From assembly GCA_028279045.1 (NCBI GenBank), contig JANQSZ010000016.1:6333-70332 (forward strand): a DNA stretch of 64,000 bases, read 5' to 3'. Positions 20,289 through 29,593 of this stretch are shown here, piece after piece (within the stretch, counting starts at the first letter, position 1; each line of letters begins with the position of its first letter). This DNA comes from Candidatus Nanoarchaeia archaeon (GTDB lineage Archaea > Nanobdellota > Nanobdellia > Woesearchaeales > UBA10216). Position numbers and translations under genes: made by a program. Under the pieces are notes generated by a model. The model made no database searches. It was not told where the DNA came from and saw only the letters and a program-made list of their open reading frames with translations.

Positions 20289-21860
20289 ATGCCAAAAAAG
20301 AAGGTGAAAAGGGCAGCAAAGCGCAAGCCAGCAAGACGAGCTGCTAAGTCAAAGAAATCAAGAAAAGCGAAACCAAAGCCAGGTCAACCGGGTAAAGTAG
20401 ATACGTATAATTTTCTCGCCGATAAAATTCCCATCACAATTAACATTTATTCTAAGAAAGGTGATTTCGTCCCCACGTATGAAGTGACAATTCAAGCTAT
20501 TAGTGAGAATACAGAAGTCATTCTGGAAAACATCAGAAAGGAATTGGTGAAGCAAGTAAATCTTGGTATTGTTGATATTACCGAAACGAAAAAGTCGGGC
20601 ATGATTGAAGAAAGCTTCAAAACAACCATCGAAATCCTCATCAAAAAGTACTTTCCAGATGCTGACGAAGAAACAATCGAGTTCCTATCAGGTTATTTAG
20701 TGCAACGGTCCCTTGGTCTTGGTCAAATCGAGATTCTAATGCACGATGAGTCTTTAGAAGAAATCGCGATCAATCGTGCTGATGAACCAGTATGGGTGTA
20801 TCATCGCCGTCACGGCTGGTTGCGAACCACAATCATTCTCCAGAATGAAGATCAGATCCGGCATTATGCAGCTATGATTGGTCGACGTGTTGGTCGTCAA
20901 ATTACAATTCTCGAACCTTTAATGGATGCTAATTTATCTACTGGTGATCGTGTCAATGCTACTCTTTCCCCTGTGTCATTGAAAGGTAACACAATTACGT
21001 TACGTAAGTTCGCCAGCAAGCCATGGACAATAACTGATTTTATTGCAAAAGGTTCTGTTGATACAGAAACCGCTGCACTGGTCTGGCTTGGTGTCCAGTA
21101 CGAAATGTCGATGATTATTGCAGGTGGTACTGCATCAGGTAAAACGTCTATGTTGAACGTTGTATCGAATTTCTTCCCTCCAAATCAGCGTATCATTTCG
21201 ATTGAGGATACGCACGAGCTACAACTTCCGAAATTCTTGCACTGGATTCCTCTCGTAACGCGTCTTCCAAATACTGAAGGTAAAGGTGGCATCACAATGC
21301 TTGATCTGCTCGTTAACTCCCTGCGTATGCGTCCAGATCGTGTTGTATTCGGAGAAATCCGTCGTAAAGCAGAGGCAGAAGTTCTGTTTGAAGCAATCCA
21401 CACCGGTCACTCAGTTTATGCTACTTTCCACGCGAACAATGTAGCTGAAGCGATTACTCGTTTGACAAGTCCTCCGATTAATGTTCCAACAACAATGATG
21501 CCTGCCATTTCAATGATCATTGTGCAGTACAGAAACAGGCGAACCGGATTAAGAAAAACGTTCCAGGTTGCTGAAATTCTTGAAAGCGGTGGCGCAAGTG
21601 TGTTAAAGCAACTTGATATGAAAAGCGGAAATTTGCGAAACGCTAGCCGTTCAAAAGCTGTGGTGAAGAATCTGCAGTTGTACACTGGTTTAAGTCCCCG
21701 AGAAATTTCAAAGGATCTCAAACAAAAAGAATCAATCTTGAAGTGGATGGTGAAGAACAACATCAATACTGTCGATAGTGTTGGTAGGGTCGTCGCCGAA
21801 TACTACACCAATCTTCCGAACTTGCTTTCGTATGTTCGCTCAAATAAACCTTTTGAGTAA
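20289..21860 (+). CDS. Type IV pilus/secretion ATPase (FlaI/GspE/VirB11 superfamily) with a lysine-rich N-terminal extension.
   Basis: Walker A GGTASGKTS and a secretion-ATPase core. N-terminus MPKKKVKRAAKRKPARRAAKSKKSRKAKPK. Strong SD GTGAGGGG upstream. Confidence 0.9.
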   Translation: MPKKKVKRAAKRKPARRAAKSKKSRKAKPKPGQPGKVDTYNFLADKIPITINIYSKKGDFVPTYEVTIQAISENTEVILENIRKELVKQVNLGIVDITETKKSGMIEESFKTTIEILIKKYFPDADEETIEFLSGYLVQRSLGLGQIEILMHDESLEEIAINRADEPVWVYHRRHGWLRTTIILQNEDQIRHYAAMIGRRVGRQITILEPLMDANLSTGDRVNATLSPVSLKGNTITLRKFASKPWTITDFIAKGSVDTETAALVWLGVQYEMSMIIAGGTASGKTSMLNVVSNFFPPNQRIISIEDTHELQLPKFLHWIPLVTRLPNTEGKGGITMLDLLVNSLRMRPDRVVFGEIRRKAEAEVLFEAIHTGHSVYATFHANNVAEAITRLTSPPINVPTTMMPAISMIIVQYRNRRTGLRKTFQVAEILESGGASVLKQLDMKSGNLRNASRSKAVVKNLQLYTGLSPREISKDLKQKESILKWMVKNNINTVDSVGRVVAEYYTNLPNLLSYVRSNKPFE

Positions 21861-22676
21861 ATGACAAACGCTTTTATTCAGCGGATAATGAATATGTTCC
21901 CTGAGTTAAAAACCAGGCTATTATCCGCAGACATTCCAGATACCCCTGAACAGTTTGTCAAGAAAACCCTCATGCTCGCATTTTATGGCAGTGCAGCCAT
22001 GAGTCTCATATTCTACGTTATCCTGCGAGAATTCATAGACATCAGTGTGGGGTTTATTGTTGCCCCTCCGCTTCTGTTCATAATGATGTTCATGTATTTC
22101 ATGCGCCTTCCTGCTGTTAAAGCAATAAAGAAGGAACGTGAGATTAATCAAGAGATAGTCTACGCAGTGCGTTTCATGATTATTGAGATAGAATCAGGTG
22201 TATCATTGTACGATTCGATGATCGCTATTGGAAAGAACTATGAAACACTTGGTAAATATTTCACCGAGATTGTCGATCGTATTGATCTAGGAACTCCCCT
22301 AGAAACTTCGATCGAACAAAGTATCGAGATCACTTCTTCTCATCATTTCCGACAGGTGCTTTGGCAGATCGTCAATTCATTACGAACTGGTTCCGATGTA
22401 GCTGCATCTCTAAACTCAACTGTCGACCAAATAGCAGAAGAACAGCTCATTGAAGTGAAAGAGTATGGAAGAAAACTTAACCCTCTTGCAATGTTCTACA
22501 TGATGGTTGCGGTCATCATCCCTTCCATTGGTATGGTAATGGTTGTCATGCTGAGCTCATTCCTCGCCTTGAGTTTAGGTCTCTCTATTCTATTGACCGT
22601 GGCAGGTATGATTGGCTTCATCCAATTTATGTTCTATTCTATCATTAAATCGTCTCGTCCAGCAATTGATCTATGA
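21861..22676 (+). CDS. Pilus platform membrane protein with a single T2SSF domain (TadB-like).
   Basis: Polytopic TM protein with a T2SSF-like cytoplasmic domain (..GTPLETSIEQSIEITSSHHFRQVLWQIVNSLRTGSD..). Confidence 0.75.
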   Translation: MTNAFIQRIMNMFPELKTRLLSADIPDTPEQFVKKTLMLAFYGSAAMSLIFYVILREFIDISVGFIVAPPLLFIMMFMYFMRLPAVKAIKKEREINQEIVYAVRFMIIEIESGVSLYDSMIAIGKNYETLGKYFTEIVDRIDLGTPLETSIEQSIEITSSHHFRQVLWQIVNSLRTGSDVAASLNSTVDQIAEEQLIEVKEYGRKLNPLAMFYMMVAVIIPSIGMVMVVMLSSFLALSLGLSILLTVAGMIGFIQFMFYSIIKSSRPAIDL

Positions 22677-24091
22677 AACGAAAAGCAAAGCATGCAAAAA
22701 AGAAAGTGCCAAGGCAGCATCTTCCTAAATTGCATTTTACACTGCATCCAAAGTCAAAGAAAGCACCAGTAAAAAAAGAGAAGCATCCGGTGCTAAAGAA
22801 ATCAAAACCTAAATTTTCTTTATTCAGTCGCAAACCAAAGCACAAGGAAGAAAAAAAAGAAAAGCCAGCAAAGAAGGAACAACCAGCAGAATCTAAGAAA
22901 AAATTATCATTTTTCAGTCACGAGAGGTACGTGAACGCAGAAAAACCCGAGGCTAAAGTTGAAAAGCCTAAAGTAGAAGTTCCAAAAGAAAAAGTAGAAA
23001 AACCTAAACCAAAGAAGTCATTTTCTCTCTTCAAAAAAAAGAAATCAACTTCTCCTGATCTCAAGAAAGAAATCCGTCGTCTGCATAAGAAAAAGAAGAA
23101 AGCACAGAAACGTCGAAATCTAGCTCAATATTGGCTAGAAAAAGCCGGTATCGATCGTGAACCGAAAGCAGTAGCAGAGATTATGCTGATGGTAGCAAGC
23201 GGAGGTGCCATGCTACTAGGTGTGCTTGTCCTCTATTTCTTGATGTTTGAGTTCGAGACACCGTTCTTAGATCTTGTAATTTTCCTTGTTGCTTCAGTCA
23301 TTATTGGTTTTGGTCTCCTGATGATCGCAGCGTGGCTCGTGTTTTACGTTTATATCGATCTCCGCATTTACAAACGTCGTGTTGGTATCGAAGAGGTTCT
23401 GCCCGATTTCCTTCTCTTAACCGCTTCCAATATTCGTGCAGGTATGACTACAGATCGTGCGTTGTGGTTTGCAGTACGGCCTCGGTTCGGTGTTCTTGCT
23501 AAGGAGATGGAAGTAGTAGCAAAGCAAACAGCAAGCGGGCAGGATTTAAGCGCTGCTCTCCGAGCATTCGCAGAAAAGTACGATTCAAAAATCTTGAGCA
23601 GAGCAATCTCGCTTCTTATTGAGAGTTCCGAAGCAGGCGGTGAGATCGGCGATGTCCTAGAGAAGATCGCTAAGAATGTACAACAGGTAAAGATCATGCG
23701 AAAGGAAATGGCAGCAAACGTCATGACATATGTAATTTTCATTACCTTCGCAGCGATTGGCGCAGCTCCAATATTGTTTTCCCTTGCTGGTCAGATGCTT
23801 GTTGTGATTCAACGTGTTGTTTCTGAGCTAGATATTTCTGATGCAGCAAGTTCTGGCTCTGGATTCATGATTTCAGTGAGCGAAGTTAGCATAACTCAGC
23901 TTGATTTCATGATTTTTGCAATCTCAAGTTTATCAATTACTGCGGTTTTCTCGTCGATAATTGTTGCTACTATTCTAAAAGGGAATGTTCGAGAAGGATT
24001 AAAGTATCTTCCAGTTTATCTACTGGTATCACTTTCTTTATTCATTGTTTCATCAAGTCTGTTCGGTATGTTGTTCGACAGCCTTCTATGA
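22673..24091 (+). CDS. Pilus platform membrane protein with a single T2SSF domain (TadC-like), preceded by a lysine-rich N-terminal region of about 150 aa.
   Basis: T2SSF-like RAGMTTDRALWFAV...SGQDLSAALRAFAEKY; the N-terminus has K-rich repeats carrying FSLFS, LSFFS and SFSLF motifs. Confidence 0.75.
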   Translation: MKRKAKHAKKKVPRQHLPKLHFTLHPKSKKAPVKKEKHPVLKKSKPKFSLFSRKPKHKEEKKEKPAKKEQPAESKKKLSFFSHERYVNAEKPEAKVEKPKVEVPKEKVEKPKPKKSFSLFKKKKSTSPDLKKEIRRLHKKKKKAQKRRNLAQYWLEKAGIDREPKAVAEIMLMVASGGAMLLGVLVLYFLMFEFETPFLDLVIFLVASVIIGFGLLMIAAWLVFYVYIDLRIYKRRVGIEEVLPDFLLLTASNIRAGMTTDRALWFAVRPRFGVLAKEMEVVAKQTASGQDLSAALRAFAEKYDSKILSRAISLLIESSEAGGEIGDVLEKIAKNVQQVKIMRKEMAANVMTYVIFITFAAIGAAPILFSLAGQMLVVIQRVVSELDISDAASSGSGFMISVSEVSITQLDFMIFAISSLSITAVFSSIIVATILKGNVREGLKYLPVYLLVSLSLFIVSSSLFGMLFDSLL

Positions 24092-24934
24092 TTGAAGAAT
24101 TTCAAAGAATGAGTCAAATATTGGCATGCTACTATCAACTTGATAGAATTCCGCTCCCAAGCTCTGGCAGAGGCGATCAATGTGTGCAGCGTGATGGTCG
24201 AGTCGATCTTCATAGTTCATTTTCATTCTCCTACTGACATATGTTTTCAGTACCCGATCACTTTCCATGTCGCGAAGCTTGACATCCCCGCGGATATCCA
24301 AGTGACGTTCTGTGCTATCAAGGACCTGCACAAGTTTGATGTCATTGTGTCCCAACATCAGTAATCCTTCACGGATTTCTTCGAGATCGTATAAGAAATC
24401 TGAAATCACAACAATCATTGCACGTGTTCCCAAGTATTTTTTGTATTTCTTCATTGACAAGTTAAATTTCGTGTCGCCGTTAATCTTGCGTTGATTGAGA
24501 TAGTCGACCATTGTCGCAAGGTGTTTCATTCCTCGCTTTGGTTGGAATACTTCTAAGTTTTCAGCATACGTAGCGAATTGAAATCGTTCGTTGTCTTTTA
24601 GCGCCAGGTACGCAAATCCAACGCCGAGCATTGCTCCATAGTCAAATTTACTCGGTTTGCCATAGTTCATACTCGCGCTACTATCAAGAATAACATGAAT
24701 CGTTAAATTTCTCTCTTCATCAAACTGTTTGATGTGCAGTTCATCAGTTCGAGCATAAATTTTCCAGTCAATAAGTCTGAAATCATCGCCCGGCGCATAA
24801 ATACGGTAGTCTTTTACCGTACTTCCTTGTCCTTTAAACAGAGAAGATCGTGTTCCCGTGTACTTCGAAGTAACTCTTTTTCGCACTGCTAGATTAAATC
24901 TGCTTAGCCCGGAAAGAAAGTCGGCTTCTATCAT
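24086..24934 (-). CDS. DUF58 protein (MoxR partner, vWA-like).
   Basis: Characteristic DUF58 N-terminus ..RKRVTSKYTGTRSSLFKGQGSTVKDYRIYAPGDDFRLIDWK.. and HVILDSSASM. Confidence 0.85.
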   Translation of the reverse strand: MIEADFLSGLSRFNLAVRKRVTSKYTGTRSSLFKGQGSTVKDYRIYAPGDDFRLIDWKIYARTDELHIKQFDEERNLTIHVILDSSASMNYGKPSKFDYGAMLGVGFAYLALKDNERFQFATYAENLEVFQPKRGMKHLATMVDYLNQRKINGDTKFNLSMKKYKKYLGTRAMIVVISDFLYDLEEIREGLLMLGHNDIKLVQVLDSTERHLDIRGDVKLRDMESDRVLKTYVSRRMKMNYEDRLDHHAAHIDRLCQSLGAEFYQVDSSMPIFDSFFEILQS

Positions 24935-25863
24935 ACTTTCTGGAGTAGTTGCTCAATTGCCTCGTCAGGTGTCGTGCCCTTTCGTTCTGCATCAAAGTTA
25001 AGAACAATACGATGTCTCAGTACAGGGTACGCCATTGCACGTAGGTCTTCATCGCTAACGTGATTTCGTCCATTCATGAGCGCACGTGCTTTACAAGCAA
25101 GAATCAATCCAATAGATGCACGTGGTGAAGCTCCGTAGTCAACAAGTCCTTTGTTCGTTCTCGTTATACCAACAAGTTTCACAATTTTTTGCTTGAGATC
25201 ATTTGAGATAGGAACTTGTCGTGTTAATTGTTGCATCTGCAGCAGTTGATTTCTCGACATTACAACTTTCAGTCGTTTATCAGTTTGCTGGGTTGTATAC
25301 CTGTTGACGATTTCCATTTCTTCTTGATATGTTGGGTACGTAGCTCTGATTTTCAACAAGAAACGGTCTGCTTGAGCTTCCGGCAGCGGGTAAGTACCTT
25401 CTTGTTCAATTGGGTTTTGCGTTGCAAGTACGAAGAATGGCTGTTCCAGTTTGTACGTCGATGTACCAACAGTAACTTGCTTTTCCTGCATCGCTTCCAA
25501 CATCGCACTTTGCGTTTTAGGTGTTGCCCGGTTAATTTCATCCGCTAGCACAATATTCGCAAAGATAGGACCAGGGTGGAAAACAAACTCTCTCTTTCCG
25601 TTATGATCCTCAATAACATACGTACCATTAATATCCGATGGCATGAGATCAGGAGTGTTCTGGATTCTGCTAAAGCGGAGATCCATTAATCGTGCGAGTG
25701 TTCGTACAGTAAGTGTTTTCGCTAATCCTGGATAACCTTCCAGGAGTGCATTAGAATCACTAAGAATTGCAACCATCAGTTGCTCTATCATCTCTTGTTG
25801 ACCTACAACAACTCTTCCCATCTCATGAAAGAGATCGTCAAATGTTTTCTTATGGTTGGACAT
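24931..25863 (-). CDS. MoxR-family AAA+ ATPase.
   Basis: VVGQQEMIEQLMVAILSDSNALLEGYPGLAKT Walker A region typical of MoxR; 310 aa. Confidence 0.9.
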   Translation of the reverse strand: MSNHKKTFDDLFHEMGRVVVGQQEMIEQLMVAILSDSNALLEGYPGLAKTLTVRTLARLMDLRFSRIQNTPDLMPSDINGTYVIEDHNGKREFVFHPGPIFANIVLADEINRATPKTQSAMLEAMQEKQVTVGTSTYKLEQPFFVLATQNPIEQEGTYPLPEAQADRFLLKIRATYPTYQEEMEIVNRYTTQQTDKRLKVVMSRNQLLQMQQLTRQVPISNDLKQKIVKLVGITRTNKGLVDYGASPRASIGLILACKARALMNGRNHVSDEDLRAMAYPVLRHRIVLNFDAERKGTTPDEAIEQLLQKV

Positions 25864-25864
25864 G

Positions 25865-26671
25865 TTATCCCTCTTGTGCTAATTTAGTAAAGTAATTTTT
25901 TACGAGTTTCTGGTGTTCAGCAGCGATCCGTTCTTCATACAGTCCGCTTGATGAAGCGCGTATTTCTGTTGGATACGTCTCGTAAAAGTCAACATCCGGT
26001 GCATCTCGAACTTCCCGTATCGAGATTTCGTGTCCGACTGGTCTGAGTTCGAGTGTCAGCTCAGATTCCCCGAGTTCGGCAACAGATCGCTCACCAAAGA
26101 TATCGTCAACCCCTCCTGAAAGGGCGATATTCGGGTCGTCCAGGCTCTTTCCGCCTGATCCGCCACCAGCGATGACTTTGATTTCCTTTGCATCATCTTG
26201 TTCAAGTACAGAGTTTATAAAGTTAGTGTCTGGAATCTGGAACGACAAGGGAGAGAGCAGCAAGATCATGAAGCTCAGCGCCACGATTGATCCGATCTTG
26301 ACATACGTCCTGCTCTCATTGAAAAACGTGGATTCCTGCACACCAGATAGATCATGCAGCACATCTTCATGCAATGCCTCTGCTACAGGGTTATGCGTAA
26401 ACCGCGAATCAGCAGCAGCCGCAAGTTTTTCTTTCAATCTTGGATACGCACGTTCCAGTTTCTTGATGTTGCTTACCCCAATCCGCCTAAAAAATACGTA
26501 CAGAAAGTAAATTGTAGCAGGAACGAGTGCAACGATTGCAAAAATGGTAAAGAATGAAAGTACAAGATAGAGAACCAAGAATACTATCAATGTGTTCAGG
26601 AGCGTATCAAACAGAATGAGCTTGGTAAAACTGGCATCGACTTCTTTGAGAGCCCGGCTCATCTGGCTCAT
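25865..26671 (-). CDS. Membrane protein of the MoxR-vWA operon (hypothetical).
   Basis: N-terminal TM helices; operon position between vWA and MoxR. Confidence 0.5.
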   Translation of the reverse strand: MSQMSRALKEVDASFTKLILFDTLLNTLIVFLVLYLVLSFFTIFAIVALVPATIYFLYVFFRRIGVSNIKKLERAYPRLKEKLAAAADSRFTHNPVAEALHEDVLHDLSGVQESTFFNESRTYVKIGSIVALSFMILLLSPLSFQIPDTNFINSVLEQDDAKEIKVIAGGGSGGKSLDDPNIALSGGVDDIFGERSVAELGESELTLELRPVGHEISIREVRDAPDVDFYETYPTEIRASSSGLYEERIAAEHQKLVKNYFTKLAQEG

Positions 26672-27186
26672 TAGCAGATTCCTCCGTCGTCAATTTCGTT
26701 ATCAGAAAGAATATCGCACAGATCATCCACATCGTCGTCAAGGTTACGCTTATCCCGTTCCAAATCATCTACTTCATCAACCAGATTCGCAATTTGAGTT
26801 TCTTGCGCACTGATTTGAGAATCTTTATTGCGGATGTCGCTCTGTGCTTTCTGTAAATCCCGTACAGCAGTGCTCAGTTCATTCTGCACATTTGCTAGAT
26901 CAGAAGATATTTTGGTATTTTCATCTGACAAATCACCATACAATTGCTCATATTGCTCTGTATCCTCTTCTTGTATGCGCAGCGTTGTCCGCGTTCTATT
27001 CAATTCAGATGCCTGCGTAGTGACCTGGGCAGAGATTTCGTTCAAGCTCTCTACTTTTTCTTCGTAGTCAACTGACAAATCCCGGTACACCACTTGAAAG
27101 TACGCAGTTACTCCTACCAGTGCTATCAGTACAGTAACCAGTAGCAAAATCATGAACATGTTCACATTTTTCTTCATATATGTCAT
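26671..27186 (-). CDS. Single-TM coiled-coil protein with an acidic C-terminus (hypothetical).
   Basis: TM helix MFMILLLVTVLIALVGVTAYF followed by a coiled coil. Confidence 0.5.
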   Translation of the reverse strand: MTYMKKNVNMFMILLLVTVLIALVGVTAYFQVVYRDLSVDYEEKVESLNEISAQVTTQASELNRTRTTLRIQEEDTEQYEQLYGDLSDENTKISSDLANVQNELSTAVRDLQKAQSDIRNKDSQISAQETQIANLVDEVDDLERDKRNLDDDVDDLCDILSDNEIDDGGIC

Positions 27187-27205
27187 ACTTCTATTTGCCC
27201 TCGGA

Positions 27206-29593
27206 TTATTTATTTAAATTTCGGTTCTCTTGGATCTTCCGGACTACAATTTCCAGCAGGAACACGAGCAGTGCCAGTATAATAAGGAGTGTCCGGAATC
27301 CTTCTAAGCTCGTCTCTACTTTTCGGGAATCTGTCCGTACTTTCTTGACAATCTCTTCTGCATCCTCAACCTGGAACACTTCTCCTCCTGTAAGCGAAAG
27401 CAGCGCAGGAAGCTGTGGATCGATTCCTACTTGTGAGAGTTCCAGTGGATAGTTTACCCCAACAATACCGTTCAGGTAGCGGTGGAATCCTTGGGAAGGT
27501 GCTGAAAAGCTTGTTTCATACAGGTTCTCATCAAATTGTGTAAACGTGAAGTCATCGTGTGTTGGCCGTTGTTGTGAAAGGACTTCGATCCGCACATCTT
27601 CTCCAATATTACTATCCGACATACGTACATCAAACTGCTTGTTCCTCCGTAGGTCGCCAACGGCCCAGTTCACAATCCGTGAATGGAACAATGAATTTTC
27701 TCTACTTAGCAATTGGCCTGACCAGCCAGATCCATCATCAGTTGTTACCGATACAATTCTTCCTAATCCAAATCTCCAGGAAGTTACAATAGGGTGTCCT
27801 TGCGATGTTGTGACAAGTGTTTTTGCGTTTGATTTCGGTACAACAAAATTAAATCCAGAAACAACTGCATTCAACCGTAAATTTCTCGTGATAAAGTCTC
27901 CGCCATCAACAACCTCTAAGCGATACACGTCTTCTTCTTCCTCATCACTCACATCTCCCAACAATAAGCGAATACGTTCTGATTGCGTCGGTTCAAAGTA
28001 CACTCCGTTTCCAAACGCTGCCAGTTCTTCCATGTGTGCTGTATTAGTATCAGGACCAACACCAACCGTATATAATTTAATTCCCCGTAGATTATTGAGT
28101 CGAACTTGCCGCAGCTCTTCTGCAGCAGATCCTCCCAATCCGTCTGATAGTAAAATAACGTTCTTGCTTCCTTCTGTTTGTACAAGCATTTCCCGTGCTT
28201 TTGATAGTGCATCCTCAATAACAGTTCCGCCACCAAATGTCAATCGCTCAACGTCCTGCACAAAATTAGGCTGGAATGATTTTTGAGCAAGCGGTGCAAC
28301 AACGTGCGGTTCGTTGTTAAACGCCACCAAAGCCACATTACTATCTTCTGATAAATCTTCAAAAATTTGAATAGCAAGTGCTTTCTCAACGTCTTCTACA
28401 GTAATTGACTTTCCTGAGTCATAGAATCGTCCTGCTGTTCCGGAAATATCAATCAAAATAACAACGTTAACGTCTGATCGTTCTTCTGATTCTACACCAG
28501 TGCCGACAGTAGCAGGCAACAATGACTCTACAATACTATTTTCATACCCGCCTTTGTCATACGCATTGTCTCCGCCAATAACAACAACTCCGTTTCCATC
28601 GCTTGCATACGTCGCAAGACTATCAACAGGTATGCTGCTTGCTGGCAAATTGTTGATAACAACCGTGCTATATTGATCCAGCGACCCTGATACGCTTGAT
28701 CGTGTTGTTAAATCATACAAGTTAGAAAGAATTTGCTCGAGTGGAGAACTTTCTCTAGTAACAAACAATACTTTTGGTCTCGGTTCGACTTTTACTGCTT
28801 TGTAATACACATTATTTTCCGGGAACGTGTCCGTAATGCTAAGTTCGGCAACAATTTCATGATATCCCTCGCTCAGCGATTGTTCGAAAGGTATACTCGC
28901 TGGTCCACGATGAGATTCGCTCAGCACCTGTTGCCCGTCAACTTTAACCGATACCGTATACGTTCCAAGCGATCCTGCTGTTTCTACATTAACAACAAAC
29001 TGATTCAGAATATCTCGAGTTGTTTCTCCTGGTCCGTCAATCCAAACTACTGCATCCGAGTTAACTGGTGGAAGCTCAAGTAAATTAACAGTACTGTTCA
29101 GTTGAGCAGCAAAGAAAATCATATCTCCAAAGCTTCTTCCGTGCGTATTCCTTCCGTCAGAAACCAGCAAGATGCTTTCATCTCCTTGCATTTGCGCAAG
29201 CAAAGAATCGCCGAGTGGTGAGCTGTTGAGCGTCGCAATTGTGCTTATCGACACCGGGATGTCTTTCTCAATATCGTTCTGCAATCTTGGCAGCACAGAA
29301 GTGTCGTACACCGAGTAGGATTGTGATTCATCAGTAAAAATGTGCAAGAAAGGATCTCCTTGTACTGTTTTTGTTTGTACAGTTGCAGGTCCAGCGAGTG
29401 CAACAAGTAAAAGAACCAAAACCGTTCCGCGTGTAATAAAAAGCCACCAGCGCATTCGGTTCCGTTGTTTAAAAAATTCAACGCGCTCTGCAGTGCTTCT
29501 GAATTTGACAAAGTTAATTCTAATAAAGATAAACAGGAAAATAAGAGCTATTGGAATGAGTGCTAAAACCATTGGTGTTTCAAACACGATCAT
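27206..29593 (-). CDS. Large vWA-domain membrane protein (BatB-like) with N- and C-terminal TM anchors.
   Basis: vWA MIDAS VNVVILIDISGT; N-terminal TM helices and a C-terminal TM helix LLIILALLVFLL. Confidence 0.7.
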   Translation of the reverse strand: MIVFETPMVLALIPIALIFLFIFIRINFVKFRSTAERVEFFKQRNRMRWWLFITRGTVLVLLLVALAGPATVQTKTVQGDPFLHIFTDESQSYSVYDTSVLPRLQNDIEKDIPVSISTIATLNSSPLGDSLLAQMQGDESILLVSDGRNTHGRSFGDMIFFAAQLNSTVNLLELPPVNSDAVVWIDGPGETTRDILNQFVVNVETAGSLGTYTVSVKVDGQQVLSESHRGPASIPFEQSLSEGYHEIVAELSITDTFPENNVYYKAVKVEPRPKVLFVTRESSPLEQILSNLYDLTTRSSVSGSLDQYSTVVINNLPASSIPVDSLATYASDGNGVVVIGGDNAYDKGGYENSIVESLLPATVGTGVESEERSDVNVVILIDISGTAGRFYDSGKSITVEDVEKALAIQIFEDLSEDSNVALVAFNNEPHVVAPLAQKSFQPNFVQDVERLTFGGGTVIEDALSKAREMLVQTEGSKNVILLSDGLGGSAAEELRQVRLNNLRGIKLYTVGVGPDTNTAHMEELAAFGNGVYFEPTQSERIRLLLGDVSDEEEEDVYRLEVVDGGDFITRNLRLNAVVSGFNFVVPKSNAKTLVTTSQGHPIVTSWRFGLGRIVSVTTDDGSGWSGQLLSRENSLFHSRIVNWAVGDLRRNKQFDVRMSDSNIGEDVRIEVLSQQRPTHDDFTFTQFDENLYETSFSAPSQGFHRYLNGIVGVNYPLELSQVGIDPQLPALLSLTGGEVFQVEDAEEIVKKVRTDSRKVETSLEGFRTLLIILALLVFLLEIVVRKIQENRNLNK

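Noticed and set aside
19891-20334. 147-aa minus-strand ORF spanning the wHTH/coiled-coil gene and the FlaI start.
   Set aside because: It is antisense to two well-supported genes. Its composition (F/L/S-rich) is typical of a reverse-frame K/E-rich coiled coil.
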